A stretch of DNA of 64,000 nucleotides. It comes from Macrostomum lignano (Eukaryota). Positions 1-11,858 of this stretch are shown one piece after another. Where the stretch lies: the NCBI GenBank assembly GCA_002269645.1, contig NIVC01003500.1, forward strand, positions 30,703 to 94,702. The letters are read 5' to 3'. The notes under the pieces are model-generated. The model did not search any database. It had not been told where the DNA came from and saw only the letters and a program-made list of their open reading frames with translations. Numbering within the stretch: position 1 is the stretch's first letter; the number at the start of each line of letters is the position of its first letter. Both the position numbers and the translations under genes were made by a program.

Positions 1-42
1 TTAATAAGCTTATTATCTGCTATCTTTTCAGCTGTCATTTTA

Positions 43-2616
43 ATGGCTCGACTGAAGTTCCTGCTGCTTGAGGCTGCGGCGCTGCTGCTGCTGACTGCTT
101 GCTGCATCGCTCAGCAGCCTCCTCAGGCTGTGCCTCCATCTAGTGAGCAGGCTGCAGCGCAACAGCCCCCACCAACTCAGCATCACCAGCCTCCGCCCGA
201 GCATAATCAGCCTCCACCTGCCCATCAACAGCCCCCGCCTGACTACCAACAGCCACCGCCTGTCCACCAGCAGCAGCCGCCTGTCCACCAACAGCCACCG
301 CCTGTCCACCAGCAGCAGCCGCCTGTCCACCAACAGCCACCGCCTGTCCACCAGCAGCCGCCTGTCCACCAGCAGCAGCCGCCTGTCCACCAGCAGCCAC
401 CACCTGCCAACCAGCAGCAGCCGCCTGTCCAGCAGCAACCACCGCCTGCCCACCAGCAGCAGCCGCCTGTCCACCAGCAGCAGCAGCCACCACCTGTCCA
501 CCAACAGCTGCCGCCTGTCCAGCAGCAGCCACCACCCGTCCAGCAACAGCCACCGCCTGTCCACCAACAGCAGCCGCCTGTCCAGCAACAGCCACCGCCT
601 GTCCACCAACAGCCTCCAGAGCAGCAGCAGCAGCAGCAGTACCAGCCTCCACCCGAGCATCATCAGCCACCTCACCCGGAGACACAAGAATCCGTTTCTA
701 CCCATCATCGGCAGCCACCGCCGCCGCCGCCGCGGGATTCCCGCGACAGGCCGGACGATGGCCATCAAGGAGGCAAGCGGGTGCCCTCTGTGCTGCTGCC
801 ATCGGAGCCTAACGAATTCGACATGCGGTCCATCTCGTTTGTGTACCGCCTGCCCAGCCGGGGGAAGCAGTGCTTTTATCATAAGGCATCTAGCAACTTC
901 ACCTTTGAGTATCAGGTAAGAAGATTGGATTATATGTATTTGTGGCCTAAATTGTTTGTGTTTGTGTATTTTGCAGCTACGTTTTGGGTAGGTTTGTGTA
1001 CTAGCTCGAAGGGCTGTGCAGGTTTGCGTGGGCGTGTGTACTCTAAGGCCATGCAGGTTTGCGTGGGCGTGTGTACTCTAAGGCCGTGCAGGTTTGCGTG
1101 GGTGTGTGTACTCTAAGGCCGTGCAGGTTTGGGTGGGTGTGTGTACTCTAATGCCGTGTTGGTTGCGTGGGTGTGTGTATTTCAGTGCTACTTAAGCTTC
1201 CTGGACATGTGTAACTGTAAGGCCATGCATAATTGCCTAGCCGTGTGTGACTTTAAGTCCCTGCTGGCCTGTCTGATCGTGTGTACTCTAATATTATTCA
1301 AGTTTGCACGGGCGTTTCTTACTTTAAACCTGTTTGTTTGGGTTTGCACGGGTGTGTGCTTTATATATTTCTCGTAGATGTTGTGTAGACGTGCGCAATT
1401 TAAGGCCGTGTAGTTTTGCGTGGGCGTTTTAATGCATTATAACCGCTGTAAGCTGCAATAACCAAGCCGGCCCTGCCCTGTACATTCCAACACTCGCCCA
1501 GGTGACAAGCGGCGGCAGTTTGGACATTGACGTCTTCATCAATTCGCCAGGCGGCAAGCTGGCGTTCGATCGGCGCGGCAAAGCCTACGGCGAGGCGAGT
1601 TTTGCATTCGACCCGGCCAAATCGACTGCCGACATGCGCCTGCCGGCCTACATGATCTGCCTGGACAACCGGTACTCTTCCTGGCACGACAAGCTCGTGT
1701 ACTTTAACATCGATGTCGAACAGGGCCGCGAAGGCCTCCGGCCTGGCGCCGATCAGCTGTCCGAGGGACTGCGGACCAGTCTCCGCGAGATGGAGCTTTC
1801 CTGGGAGGAGTTTTACGTAAGTGGCTGCCAAATTGGTGTACATTGGTGTATGCACATTGGTGTGTGAACATTGGTGTATGTACATTTGTGTGTGTAAATT
1901 GTTGTATGTACATTGGTGTGTGTACATTTGTGTATGTATACTGGTGTGTGTATATTAGTGTACTTACACTGGTATGTGTGTACATTGGTGTGTGTACATT
2001 TGTGTATGTATACTGGTGTGTGTATATTAGTGTACTTACACTGGAATGTGTGTACATTGGTGTGTGTACATTGTTGTGTGTACATTGGTGTATGTACATT
2101 GATTTGCGTACATTGGTGAATGTACATTGGTGTATGTACACTGGTGTCTGTACATTGGTGTGTGTGTGCATTGGTGTATGTACATTGATTTGCGTATATT
2201 GTTGTATGTACACTGGTGTCTGTACATTGGTGTGTGTGTGTGCATTGGTGTATGTACATTGATGAATGTACATTGGTGTGTTTGTTTGTAAATTTCTGTA
2301 CATGTATTTACAGTAGCTGGATGTGAGTACTCCATCAGCTGTTTCGAATAACTATAACCCCCCCCCCCCGCCGCAGAAATCCACGGACAAGGTGGAGGAC
2401 CACCTGCTGCGCACCATCTACTTGCTGAGCAAGAGCCGCAACAACGAGGCCCGCGATCGCATGATGATGGACGCGAACAATGCCCGGGTGAGCACCTGGT
2501 CCATCTTCCAGCTGGTGGTGATGCTGTTCGTGTCCGGCATCCAGGTGATGATGATCCGCTCCCTGTTCGACGACAAGTCCCGCCTGCACCGGGTGTGGAA
2601 GGCGGGAAAGTCTTAG
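43..2616 (+). CDS. p24/emp24/gp25L (TMED, gamma-subfamily-like) cargo receptor with long N-terminal Pro/Gln/His-rich luminal insert; 3 exons, ~475 aa
   Basis: Exons 43-915, 1502-1816, 2377-2616, with GT-AG introns and phase 0/0. Signal peptide MARLKFLLLEAAALLLLTACCIA. GOLD domain (LPSRGKQCFYH..FTFEYQ|VTSGGSLDIDVFINSPGGK..YMICLDNRYSSWHDKLVYFNI), then coiled coil, TM (WSIFQLVVMLFVSGIQVMMIRSLF) and short tail with FD and basic residues. Specific paralog (TMED1/5-like) not resolved. Confidence 0.9.
1015..1175. repeat. 35-bp minisatellite in TMED intron 1
   Basis: Unit GGTTTGCGTGGGCGTGTGTACTCTAAGGCCGTGCA recurs at 1021, 1056, 1091, 1126. Confidence 0.85.
1830..2285. repeat. Degenerate TG-rich minisatellite (GTGTGTACATTG-type) in TMED intron 2
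   Basis: Repeated TGTACATTGGTGTG motifs. They produce the spurious HTPMY/VCTLV ORFs. Confidence 0.85.
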
Positions 2617-3564
2617 TGCCAGGATTGCTGTGTGTTCTAAGTTATGTTAGATATAAGAACTGTTGTGTTTTAATGTTCCAATTTAGTCAGTAATAATCAA
2701 TTCTAGACTAGTTAATTATGATCAACGTACGGGATTGGAAAAGGCTGCAGAGACTGCAAGCTGAATCTGGGTCAGCAGCTGAGTCTCCATCTCTATGATC
2801 AAACTAGATGCGGAATTGCCCAATTGAAATTTGCTCTGAGAATGTTTTTAGAAAATTACCGAATTACTTGGCGTGGCTGCTGCCCTGATGAGCTAATTAA
2901 TTATTCATCCTCTGCGTTTTATTTTCTCTCGCATTAAATTTGACAGAATGCTAAACTGTTTTGTCTGCTCGAACTCATTCGTAATCCTCTTCTCCGTTTA
3001 TCCCTGTTGTTTATCCGTGTGCTAATAATTGAATCATTAATCCCGCCTGTGCTTAAAATCTTCAATTGCTGTTTTATAGGGGAGTGGGAACTGGCAATTG
3101 GAAATGCATAAGAAAAGCTAAATTATAATCGAATCAAAACTTTTATCTCTTTAGTTTTCCCGTCTGTGAATCTTTGCTTTTTATTTAATTTTGGACTGTC
3201 CTTTTTATTGTCATTATTTTAACTGCTTTTTTATGCTCAGCTCTGTCTCTGCTAAGAGTGCCGGATGGCGCCAACTGATCAAATACCACCGAATCCAACG
3301 ACAGAACTTTTCTGGGCTTTTTGCTTTTTTCGACTGGTCTTTTCATTCTGTTTTTCCCTCCTTTGCTTATTAATAGTGCGACATTAGACGAGTCCGCGTA
3401 TTTTGTCTGTCGCCTGTTTGGGGCTTGAAATAAAAACATTAAACTGGAACAGAAGCTGTTTCGATAACTGCTGATAAATGCTCTTACTGTTGCTTGTTCT
3501 TTCATTTCACACAAGATAGTCAAAGCAGAGTTTCTAATTGGTTAGGGTAAAGCAGACCTAGGCG

Positions 3565-3805
3565 GTCGCTGATTGGCCAGAGTGGGGCAGGCCTAGTCGA
3601 TCTCTAATTGGCCAGAGTGAGGCAAGCCTAGTCGATCTCTAATTGGCCAGAGTGGGCAGGCCTAGTCGATCTCTAATTGGCCAGAGTGGGCAGGCCTAGT
3701 CTATCTCTAATTGGCCAGAGTGGGCAGGCCTAGTCGATCTCTAATTGGCCAGAGTGGGCAGGCCTAGTCGATCTCTAATTGGCCAGAGTGGGCAGGCCTA
3801 GTAGA
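3565..3805. repeat. 34-35-bp minisatellite upstream of the canopy gene, each unit with ATTGG (reverse CCAAT)
   Basis: CTCTAATTGGCCAGAGTGGGCAGGCCTAGTCGAT, about 7 copies. Confidence 0.85.
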
Positions 3806-3909
3806 TTGTTAATTAATCAGGGTGAGGCAGACCTAGGTGGTCTAAAACAGTCTTGACTAATTTTCAGTTTAAATTCTGTCCTTGATGCCAACTTTCTAAA
3901 AATTTTGGC

Positions 3910-4593
3910 ATGGCAACAACAATGAGGTTTCTCCATCTTGCTGCCTGTTGCCTGCTCGTTGCTAGGGCCGCAGATCTGGTAACCAAAGAAGACGAGCACG
4001 GAGTTCGGCAGCCCACACTGTGTGAGGTTTGCAAGTACTCAGTGATTGAGCTGGAGAAGCGCCTGGCTGAGACTGAGTCGCACTCGGTGGTCATGACCAA
4101 GGCCGCAGTGCCCTACAAGGACAGCGAGCTGCGCCTCATTGAAGTTCTGGAGAATCCGCCGCTGTGCGACCGCCTGCTGGCCTACCAACTGCACAAGGAG
4201 CACAAAAACAGCCTGCGGTTCAAGCCGGGAAAGTCTGTCACCTTCAAGACACTGGATAGCCTGGTTGCCAAGTGAGTTTGAGTAACTGGCTCCTTTGATC
4301 CCATTATGCAGCAAATACTTTGAATCTTGAATTATCACACCTGCAGAGGCGTAAAGGTGGACCTCGGCATTCCCAAGGAGCTGTGGGACTCCGCCCCAAC
4401 CGAGGTGCACTCGTTAAAGAAGGAATGCGAAGCTCTCATTGAGACCTGGGAGGACGACATCCGGGACTGGTTCTTCACTGGCCGGTCCGCTGGGGTTCGC
4501 CTGGCCGACTTCCTGTGCCGCCAGCGGGTGCTGAGAGGAAGGGAGGAGGCCTGTCTGGGCGAGAAGTACCCCGACGAGAAGGACGAACTCTGA
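3910..4593 (+). CDS. Canopy family ER protein (CNPY3/CNPY4-like, saposin-like DUF3456); 2 exons, ~202 aa
   Basis: Exons 3910-4271 and 4347-4593 (75-nt GT-AG intron, phase 2). Signal peptide, CEVCK motif, GVKVDLGIPKELWD, CEALIETWED, FLC..RVL, C-terminal KDEL. Confidence 0.92.
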
Positions 4594-4945
4594 TTGGTTA
4601 AGGAGAGAATAGTTGCTGTTCTGATTGGTTGGGGCGAAAAGACTTGCTGTTCACTGATTGGTTGAGGAGAAAAGACCTGCTGTTCTTTTATTGGTTGAGG
4701 ATGAAAGGCTTGCTGTCCTCTGATTGGTTGAGGAGAAAAGACTTGTTGTCTAATTGGTTGGGGAGAAAAGACTTTCTGTTCTCTGATTGGTTGAGAAGAA
4801 AAGACTTTCTGTTCTCTGATTGGTTGAGAAGAAAAGACTTGCTGTTTTCTAATTAGTTGAGGAGAGAATAATTGCTGTTCTCTGATTGGTTGAGGATTAA
4901 AGGCTGTTGTCCTCTGATTGGTTGAGAAGACTTGCGTTCTCTGAT
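4588..4945. repeat. ~32-bp degenerate minisatellite starting at the canopy stop codon, carrying CTGATTGGTT
   Basis: About 11-12 units of CTCTGATTGGTTGAGGAGAAAAGACTTGCTGTT-like sequence. The first unit includes the TGA stop (4591-4593). Confidence 0.85.
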
Positions 4946-5569
4946 TAATTGGGCAGCAAGAGGCCAGAAGACAGGCTAAATAACGCAAGTTTTGTGATCC
5001 TCATCGATTTGTCTTATTTTCTGTGCAGCTGGGATAGCAATAGTTTTTAGTCAAATTTTCTACTATCAGTAGTGCGCATGCGTTTAATTTTCATGTTAAC
5101 CCGTTAATAATATCTTGCAATCAAGAATCTGCTCTCTTTAGTCATAATCTTTTGCGATGCTTCAACCATTAATTGTACATGTTTTTGAGCGGAACTCGGT
5201 CAAGGCACAACTGCATGAATCCTGAGTCTTCTTGCATGCTTATTTAGCAACTAAAATGAACTTCTATTATGTGTGCACAATAAACGATTTGTACTCCCGA
5301 GCTTTCACTCATCTTTAATCTTATCGCGTGCGCTTGTACGATTATTTGAACGACGTACTTTCTTTAATGTTTTTTATTTTTTATAATCGCCTAGCTTAAG
5401 ACTGAAGGCTTTAGGCTGCTTATTCTCCCGATATGTAGAGTTTATAACTTTTTCCGCAAAATTTTCTAAGAATCTCTAAAAAAATGTTCCTCACCCAGAA
5501 AATGGGTGCGAAATTCAAATCAGGTTCTTGTTTACCCTGGATACCGCTAATATATTGTGCAAAGCGTCA

Positions 5570-6770
5570 TAGCTCCATAGCAACGGGGTAATTTGACTTG
5601 AACACTATCTTAAAGCTCCATAGCAACGGGGTAATTTAACACTATCTTAAAGCGCCATAGCAACGGGGTAATTTGACTTGAACACTATCTTAAAGCTCCA
5701 TAGCAACGGGGTAATTTGATTTAAACACTATCTTAAAGCTCCATAGCAACGGGGTAATTTGACTTGAACACTATCTTAAAGCTCCATAGCAACGGGGTAA
5801 TTTGATTTAAACACTATCTTAAAGCTCCATAGCAACGGGGTAATTTGATTTAAACACTATCTTAAAGCTCCATAGCAACGGGGTAATTTGACTTGAACAC
5901 TATCTTAAAGCTCCATAGCAACGGGGTAATTTAACACTATCTTAAAGCGCCATAGCAACGGGGTAATTTGACTTGAACACTATCTTAAAGCTCCATAGCA
6001 ACGGGGTAATTTGATTTAAACACTATCTTAAAGCTCCATAGCAACGGGGTAATTTGACACTATCTTAAAGCTCCATAGCAACGGGGTAATTTGACTTGAA
6101 CACTATCTTAAAGCTCCATAGCAACGGGGTAATTTGATTTAAACACTATCTTAAAGCTCCATAGCAACGGGGTAATTTGATTTAAACACTATCTTAAAGC
6201 TCCATAGCAACGGGGTAATTTGATTTGAACACTATCTTAAAGCTCCATAGCAACGGGGTAATTTGATTTAAACACTGTCTTAAAGCTCCATAGCAACGGG
6301 GTAATTTGATTTAAACACTATCTTAAAGCTCCATAGCAACGGGGTAATTTGACTTGAACAGTGTCTCAGAGCTCCATAGCAACGGGGTAATTTGATTTAA
6401 ACACTATCTTAAAGCTCCATAGCAACGGGGTAATTTGATTTAAACACTATCTTAAAGCTCCATAGCAACGGGGTAATTTGATTTGAACACTATCTTAAAG
6501 CTCCATAGCAACGGGGTAATTTGATTTAAACACTGTCTTAAAGCTCCATAGCAACGGGGTAATTTGATTTAAACACTATCTTAAAGCTCCATAGCAACGG
6601 GGTAATTTGACTTGAACAGTGTCTCAGAGCTCCATAGCAACGGGGTAATTTGATTTAAACACTATCTTAAAGCTCCATAGCAACGGGGTAATTTGATTTA
6701 AACAGTGTCTCAGAGCTCCATAGCAACGGGGTAATTTGACTTGAACAGTGTCTCAGAGCTCCATAGCAAC
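5570..6770. repeat. 43-bp minisatellite (with shorter variants) upstream of SPATA20
   Basis: GCTCCATAGCAACGGGGTAATTTGATTTAAACACTATCTTAAA, about 28 copies. Confidence 0.95.
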
Positions 6771-6887
6771 ATAAGGCTTGTGCTGGTGGATACCGTATTA
6801 CGCCTTCTTCATCAAAGCTCCAATCCCGCATTCCTGTTGAGTTTCGAGCTCTTCAGAGCAGCAGCAGCCACAACAGCAGCTCGCAGG

Positions 6888-9800
6888 ATGGCTCAGGCAG
6901 CGGCCCAGTCCTCTAGAAGCAGCAGCAGTCAGGCCAGCAACCGCCTGCACCTGTCCCGGTCGCCTTACCTGGCCCAGCACGCCAACGACCCGGTCCACTG
7001 GCAGCCCTGGGGGGACGAAGCGTTCGCGCTGGCCAAGGCCAGGGACCAGCTGGTGTTCCTGAGCATTGGCTACTCCACCTGCCACTGGTGCCACGTCATG
7101 CACAGGGAGTCCTTTCAGAATGCCGACATTGCCAAGCTGCTTAATGACAATTTTGTCAGCATCAAGGTGAGCTGCTGGGTTGGAGTATGCTGATCTACAT
7201 ATATCTAAATTCCCCATCCCTTGCATACCCCTAGCTTCTAAATTCCCCATCCTTTGCATACCCCTAGCTTCTAAATTCCCCATCCCTTGCATACCCCTAG
7301 CTTCTAAATTCCCCATCCTTTGCATACCCCTAGCTTCTAAATTCCCCATCCCTTGCATACCCCTAGCTTCTAAATTCCCCATCCCTTGCATACCCCTAGC
7401 TTCTAAATTCTCCATCCCTTGCATACCCCTAGCTTCTAAATTCCCCATCCCTTGCATACCCCTAGCTTCTAAATTCTCCATCCCTTGCATACCCCTAGCT
7501 TCTAAATTCCCCATCCCTTGCATACCCCTAGCTTCTAAATTCTCCATCCCTTGCATACCCCTAGCTTCTAAATTCCCCATCCCTTGCATACCCCTAGCTT
7601 CTAAATTCCCCATCCCTTGCATAACCACCAGTCTCTAAATTCCCCATCCTTTGCATACCCCTAGCTTCTAAATTCCCCATCCCTTGCATACCACTAGCTT
7701 CTAAATTCCCCATCCCTTGCATACCCCTAGCTTCTAAACTCCCCATCCCTTGCATACCCCTAGCTTCTAAATTCTCCACCCCTTGCATAACTACCAGCCT
7801 CTAAATTCCCCATCCTTTGCATAACCACCAGCCTCTAAATTCCCCATCCCTTGCATACCCCTAGCTTCTAAATTCCCCATCCTTTGGATAACCACTAGCC
7901 TCTAAATTCCCCATCCCATAAAAGCTTCAGATAAATCCTCCCTGTCCCTTCCCCGAACTCCCTAATCCCTGAATTCCTTATCTAAATTCTCCAGCCTCTA
8001 AATCCCGTCACGTCTGAAATACGCCATCAATAATGCTTATGCCCAACTAAAATCTGCGCCTCCATTCCCGCAGTTGGACCGCGAGGAGCGGCCGGACGTG
8101 GACCGGGTGTACATGAACTTCGTGCTGGCCCTGGGAGTCGGCGGTGGCTGGCCCCTGTCCGTCTGGCTGACCCCGGACAAGCGGCCTATCTTTGGCGGCA
8201 CCTACTTTCCGCCTGAGAACAGGTACTTCGGCCGGCCCGGGTTCGCGTCTGTCCTGCAGTCTCTGTCCGACAGCTGGAGGAACAAAAGGGACCAGGTGCG
8301 ATGCGTGTGCTCAGTGCTTATCGGGAGTGTTCAGTGTGCTCAGTGCTTATCGGGAGTGTTCAGTGTGCTCAGTGCTTATCGGGAGTGTTCAGTGTGCTCA
8401 GTGCTTATCGGGAGTGTTCAGTGTGCTCAGTGCTTATCGGGAGTATTCAGTGTGCTCAGTGCTTATCGAGAGTGATCGGTAGTGATCAGTGTGCTCATAC
8501 GCTTATTGGAAGAGATCAGTGTGCTCAGGCGCTTATTGGAAGAGATCAGTGTGCTCAGACGCTTATTGGAAGAGATCAGTGTGCTCAGGCGCTTATTGGA
8601 AGAGATCAGTGTGCTCAGACGCTTATTGGAAGAGATCAGTGTGCTCAGACGCTTATTGGAAGAGATCAGTGTGCTCAGACCCTTATTGAAAGAGATCAGT
8701 GTGCTCAGACCCTTATTGAAAGAGATCAGTGTGCTCAGACGCTTATTGGAAGAGATCAGTGTGCTCAGGCGCTTATTGGAAGAGATCAGTGTGCTCTGGC
8801 GCTTATTGGCAGAGATCAGTGTGCTCTGGCGCTTATTGGAAGAGATCAGTGTGCTCAGACGCTTTCAAAGTGTTCAAACCGCTGTCTCCTCTAACCCACC
8901 CTAGGTGGAGACGCAGGGCACGGAGATTCTGGCCGCCCTCCGCAAACACGCGGTGCCGCCAGCGCCGCCGTCCGCGGCCGCCTTCGACCCGAGCCGGCCG
9001 GCCGCCCTCTGCCTCCGCCAGCTGCGCGACCGGTTCGACTCGGAGCTGGGCGGCTTCGGCCGGGCCCCCAAATTCCCGCAGCCGTCGCTGCTGGCCTTCC
9101 TGCTGCGCCTGGCCGGCCTGCGGTCCGCCGCCGACCCGGCCGAGTCCGCCGAGGCCCTGGCGATGTGCCGCCTCACGCTAGACTGCATGGCCCGCGGCGG
9201 CATCCACGACCACGTCAACGGCGGCTTCCACCGCTACTCCACGGACGCCAAGTGGCACGTGCCGCACTTTGAGAAGATGCTGTACGACCAGGCCCAGCTG
9301 TGCTCCACCTTCGCTGTCACCTCGCGTCTCTGCGCCAAGGAGGACGCCGGGACGGCCAAGGAGCTCGCAGACACGGCCGTGGGCATTGTGGAGTACGTCT
9401 GTCGGGAGCTGTCACACCCGGCCGGCGGCTTCTACAGCGCCCAGGACGCTGACTCGCTGCCGGAGGGCTCGGCTGAGGATGCCGCTGGCGGCCACGGGCA
9501 CGGCAAGAAGGAGGGCGCCTTCTGCGTGTGGACCTGGGGACAGCTGGCCGCCGCGCTGGAGGGCGGCTCAATTGGCGACGTGCCCTATTTGAAGGTGAGC
9601 GGGAAGATCCAGATCCTCAGTTGCTAAGCCAGCCTCCCAGATTCTCAGTTGCTAAGCCAGCCTCCCAGATCCTCAGTTGCTAAGCCAGCCTCCCAGATCC
9701 TCAGTTGCTGGGCCAGCCTTTCAGACCCTCAGTTGCTGGACCAGTCTTTCAGATCCACAGTTGCTAGTAGGCCAGCCTCCCAGATCCTCAGTTGCTGAGC

Positions 9801-11711
9801 CAGCCTTCCAGATCATCAGTTGCTGGGCCAGCCTCCCAGATCCTCAGTTGCTGGGCCAGCCTCCCAGATCCTCAGTTGCTGGGCCAGCCTCCCAGATCCT
9901 CAGTTGCTGGGCCAGCCTCCCAGATCCCAGCTTCTGCCCGTCACTCCGGCCCGCAGGCATTTGCCGCGGTGTACTCTTGCGCCGAGGCGGGCAACGTGGA
10001 CCCATACCAGGACCCGCACGACGAGCTGCGCGGCCAGAACGTGCTGATCCGGCGCAAGGCCTGGCGGGAGCTGGCCCAGCAGCTCGGCCTGTCAGAGCAG
10101 CAGCTGCGGGCAGGCATCACCGACTGCCTGCTCCGGCTGCGCGAGGTTCGAGCGAAGCGACCGCCGCCGCATCTGGACGACAAGGTGGGGGGTTTAGAGC
10201 TGTTGGTCAACAGGGGAGCCTCTTCACATCATATTGTCGACAGCAGCGTATAGTGTTAGCAACGCTTAGGTGTTCATTAGCAACGTATAGGTGTGCCTTA
10301 GCAACGTATAGGTGTCCCTTAGCAACGTATAGGTGTCCTTTAGCTACGTATAGCGTCCCTTAGCAACGTATACGTGTCCTTTAGCAACGTATAGATATCC
10401 CTAGCAACGTATAGGTGTCCCTAGCAACGTACAGGCGTCCCTTAGCAACGTACAGGCGTCCCTTAACAACGTGCATGCGTCCCTTAGCAACGAGTCGATA
10501 TCCCCTAGCAACAACATAGCAACGGACTAGCTCGTTTTACCGAAGATAATCCCACCTGCTCCAGCTGCTCACCTGCTGGAACTCCATGATGATCTCGGCG
10601 CTGGCCCAGGCCGGCCGTCTGTTGAACCGTCCCGACTGGCTCGAGCGCGCCCGTCGCGGAGCAGAGTTCATTCGGTGCCATCTGTGGCGCGAGGACACGC
10701 GCACCCTGTACCGGGTGGCCTATCCGGACGGCCAGGACGGCGTCACCCTGGGCCCGGCGCCCGTGAAGGCATTCCTTGACGATCACGCCCAGCTCATCGG
10801 CGCCCTGCTGCAGCTGTACCGGGCGACCCTGCACCAGCCTTACCTGGCTTGGGCGCGCCAGCTGCAGGCTGAACAGGATGCGGCTTTCTGGTGCTCGGAG
10901 GCCAAGGCCTACTTTGACACCAGGTGACACCTTAGAGATGTCAGCTTCACGTTCCAAATAAGACTCAAACAGCCTCCCCAAGAACCAAGACTCAGCAGCC
11001 TCCCCAAGAACCAAGACTCATCAGCCTCCCCAAGAACCAAGACTCAGCAGCCTCCCCAAGAACCAAGACTCAGCAGCCTCCCCAAGAACCAAGACTCAGC
11101 AGCCTCCCCAAGAACCAAGACTCAGCAGCCTCCCCAAGAACGAAGACTCAGCAGCCTCCCCAAGAACCAAGAGTCAAGACTCGAACCGCCCCCGCAGGCG
11201 CCAGTCAGCTGATGCGGGCGACGCCGCCAACGCCGCTGCCCCCGAGCTGCCGCTGCGCCTCCTCGACGATCACGACGGCGCCGAGCCGTGCGGCAACTCC
11301 GTGTCGGCCGTCAACCTGGCCAGTCTGCGCGCCTTCGACGACAACAGCGGCAGCTACAGCAGCCGCAGCGGCGAGCTGTTGAACAGGTTCAGCCAGACCC
11401 TGGGCCGGCAGCCCATGGCCCTGACCGAGATGGCCTCCGCCTGCCTGCTGACCGCGGCCGGGCCACCGGCCACCCTGGTGCTGGCCGCCCCGGCCGAGGA
11501 CCAGCTGGAGCCGCTGATGCAGGCCGCCTGGTCCTCGGACAGTCCCGTGCGCCGGCCGGACCTGACGCTGATGAGGCCGCAGGATGCTGGATGGTGCAGC
11601 GGCTACGGCCCGATTGATGGCCGGGCAGCCGCCTACCTGTGCCGGGATTTCACCTGCCAGCTGCCCGTGACCGAGCCTGCCGAGCTGGCTGACCTGCTGG
11701 CCGGCATCTGA
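6888..11711 (+). CDS. SPATA20: Spermatogenesis-associated protein 20 (thioredoxin-like DUF255 plus six-hairpin glycosidase-like domain); 6 exons, ~763 aa
   Basis: Exons 6888-7166, 8074-8295, 8905-9594, 9957-10184, 10565-10923, 11198-11711; phases consistent, total 2292 nt. Motifs [30 protein letters not shown]|[66 protein letters not shown]|[40 protein letters not shown]. Confidence 0.95.
7205..7915. repeat. 33-bp minisatellite in SPATA20 intron 1
   Basis: CTAGCTTCTAAATTCCCCATCCCTTGCATACCC, about 21 copies. Confidence 0.95.
8305..8865. repeat. 29/30-bp minisatellite in SPATA20 intron 2
   Basis: CAGTGTGCTCAGTGCTTATCGGGAGTGTT (29 bp) grading into CAGTGTGCTCAGACGCTTATTGGAAGAGAT (30 bp). Confidence 0.93.
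9606..9930. repeat. 28-bp minisatellite in SPATA20 intron 3
   Basis: TCCTCAGTTGCTGGGCCAGCCTCCCAGA; period 28 (9841, 9869, 9897). Confidence 0.92.
10245..10520. repeat. ~20-21-bp minisatellite in SPATA20 intron 4
   Basis: CCTTAGCAACGTATAGGTGT-type units. Confidence 0.88.
10960..11180. repeat. 26-bp minisatellite in SPATA20 intron 5
   Basis: AAGAACCAAGACTCAGCAGCCTCCCC; period 26 (10981, 11007, 11033). Confidence 0.92.
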
Positions 11712-11858
11712 TGGCTCCGGAGGATTCTGTGTCATCGGCTTCTGGGATTCATTGATTAGTTCTAGCACTCACTGATGCTGCGCCTTCATCTGCGTGGCCA
11801 GCTCGTGCACCCATTCGTGTGAATTGACCCCTCACGCTAGAGAATTCTAGTTGTTGCC

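Noticed and set aside
40-919. Overlapping minus-strand and alternative-frame ORFs over TMED exon 1
   Set aside because: Shadows of the CAG/CCG-rich coding repeat.
3565-3805. ER-stress response element (ERSE) in the canopy upstream repeat
   Set aside because: CCAAT is present but is not followed by N9-CCACG, so only a plain CCAAT box is supported.
6741-6887. N-terminal extension of SPATA20 from TTG 6741
   Set aside because: Starts inside the 43-bp satellite. ATG 6888 follows an acceptor-like TCGCAG and gives a normal-length N-terminus.
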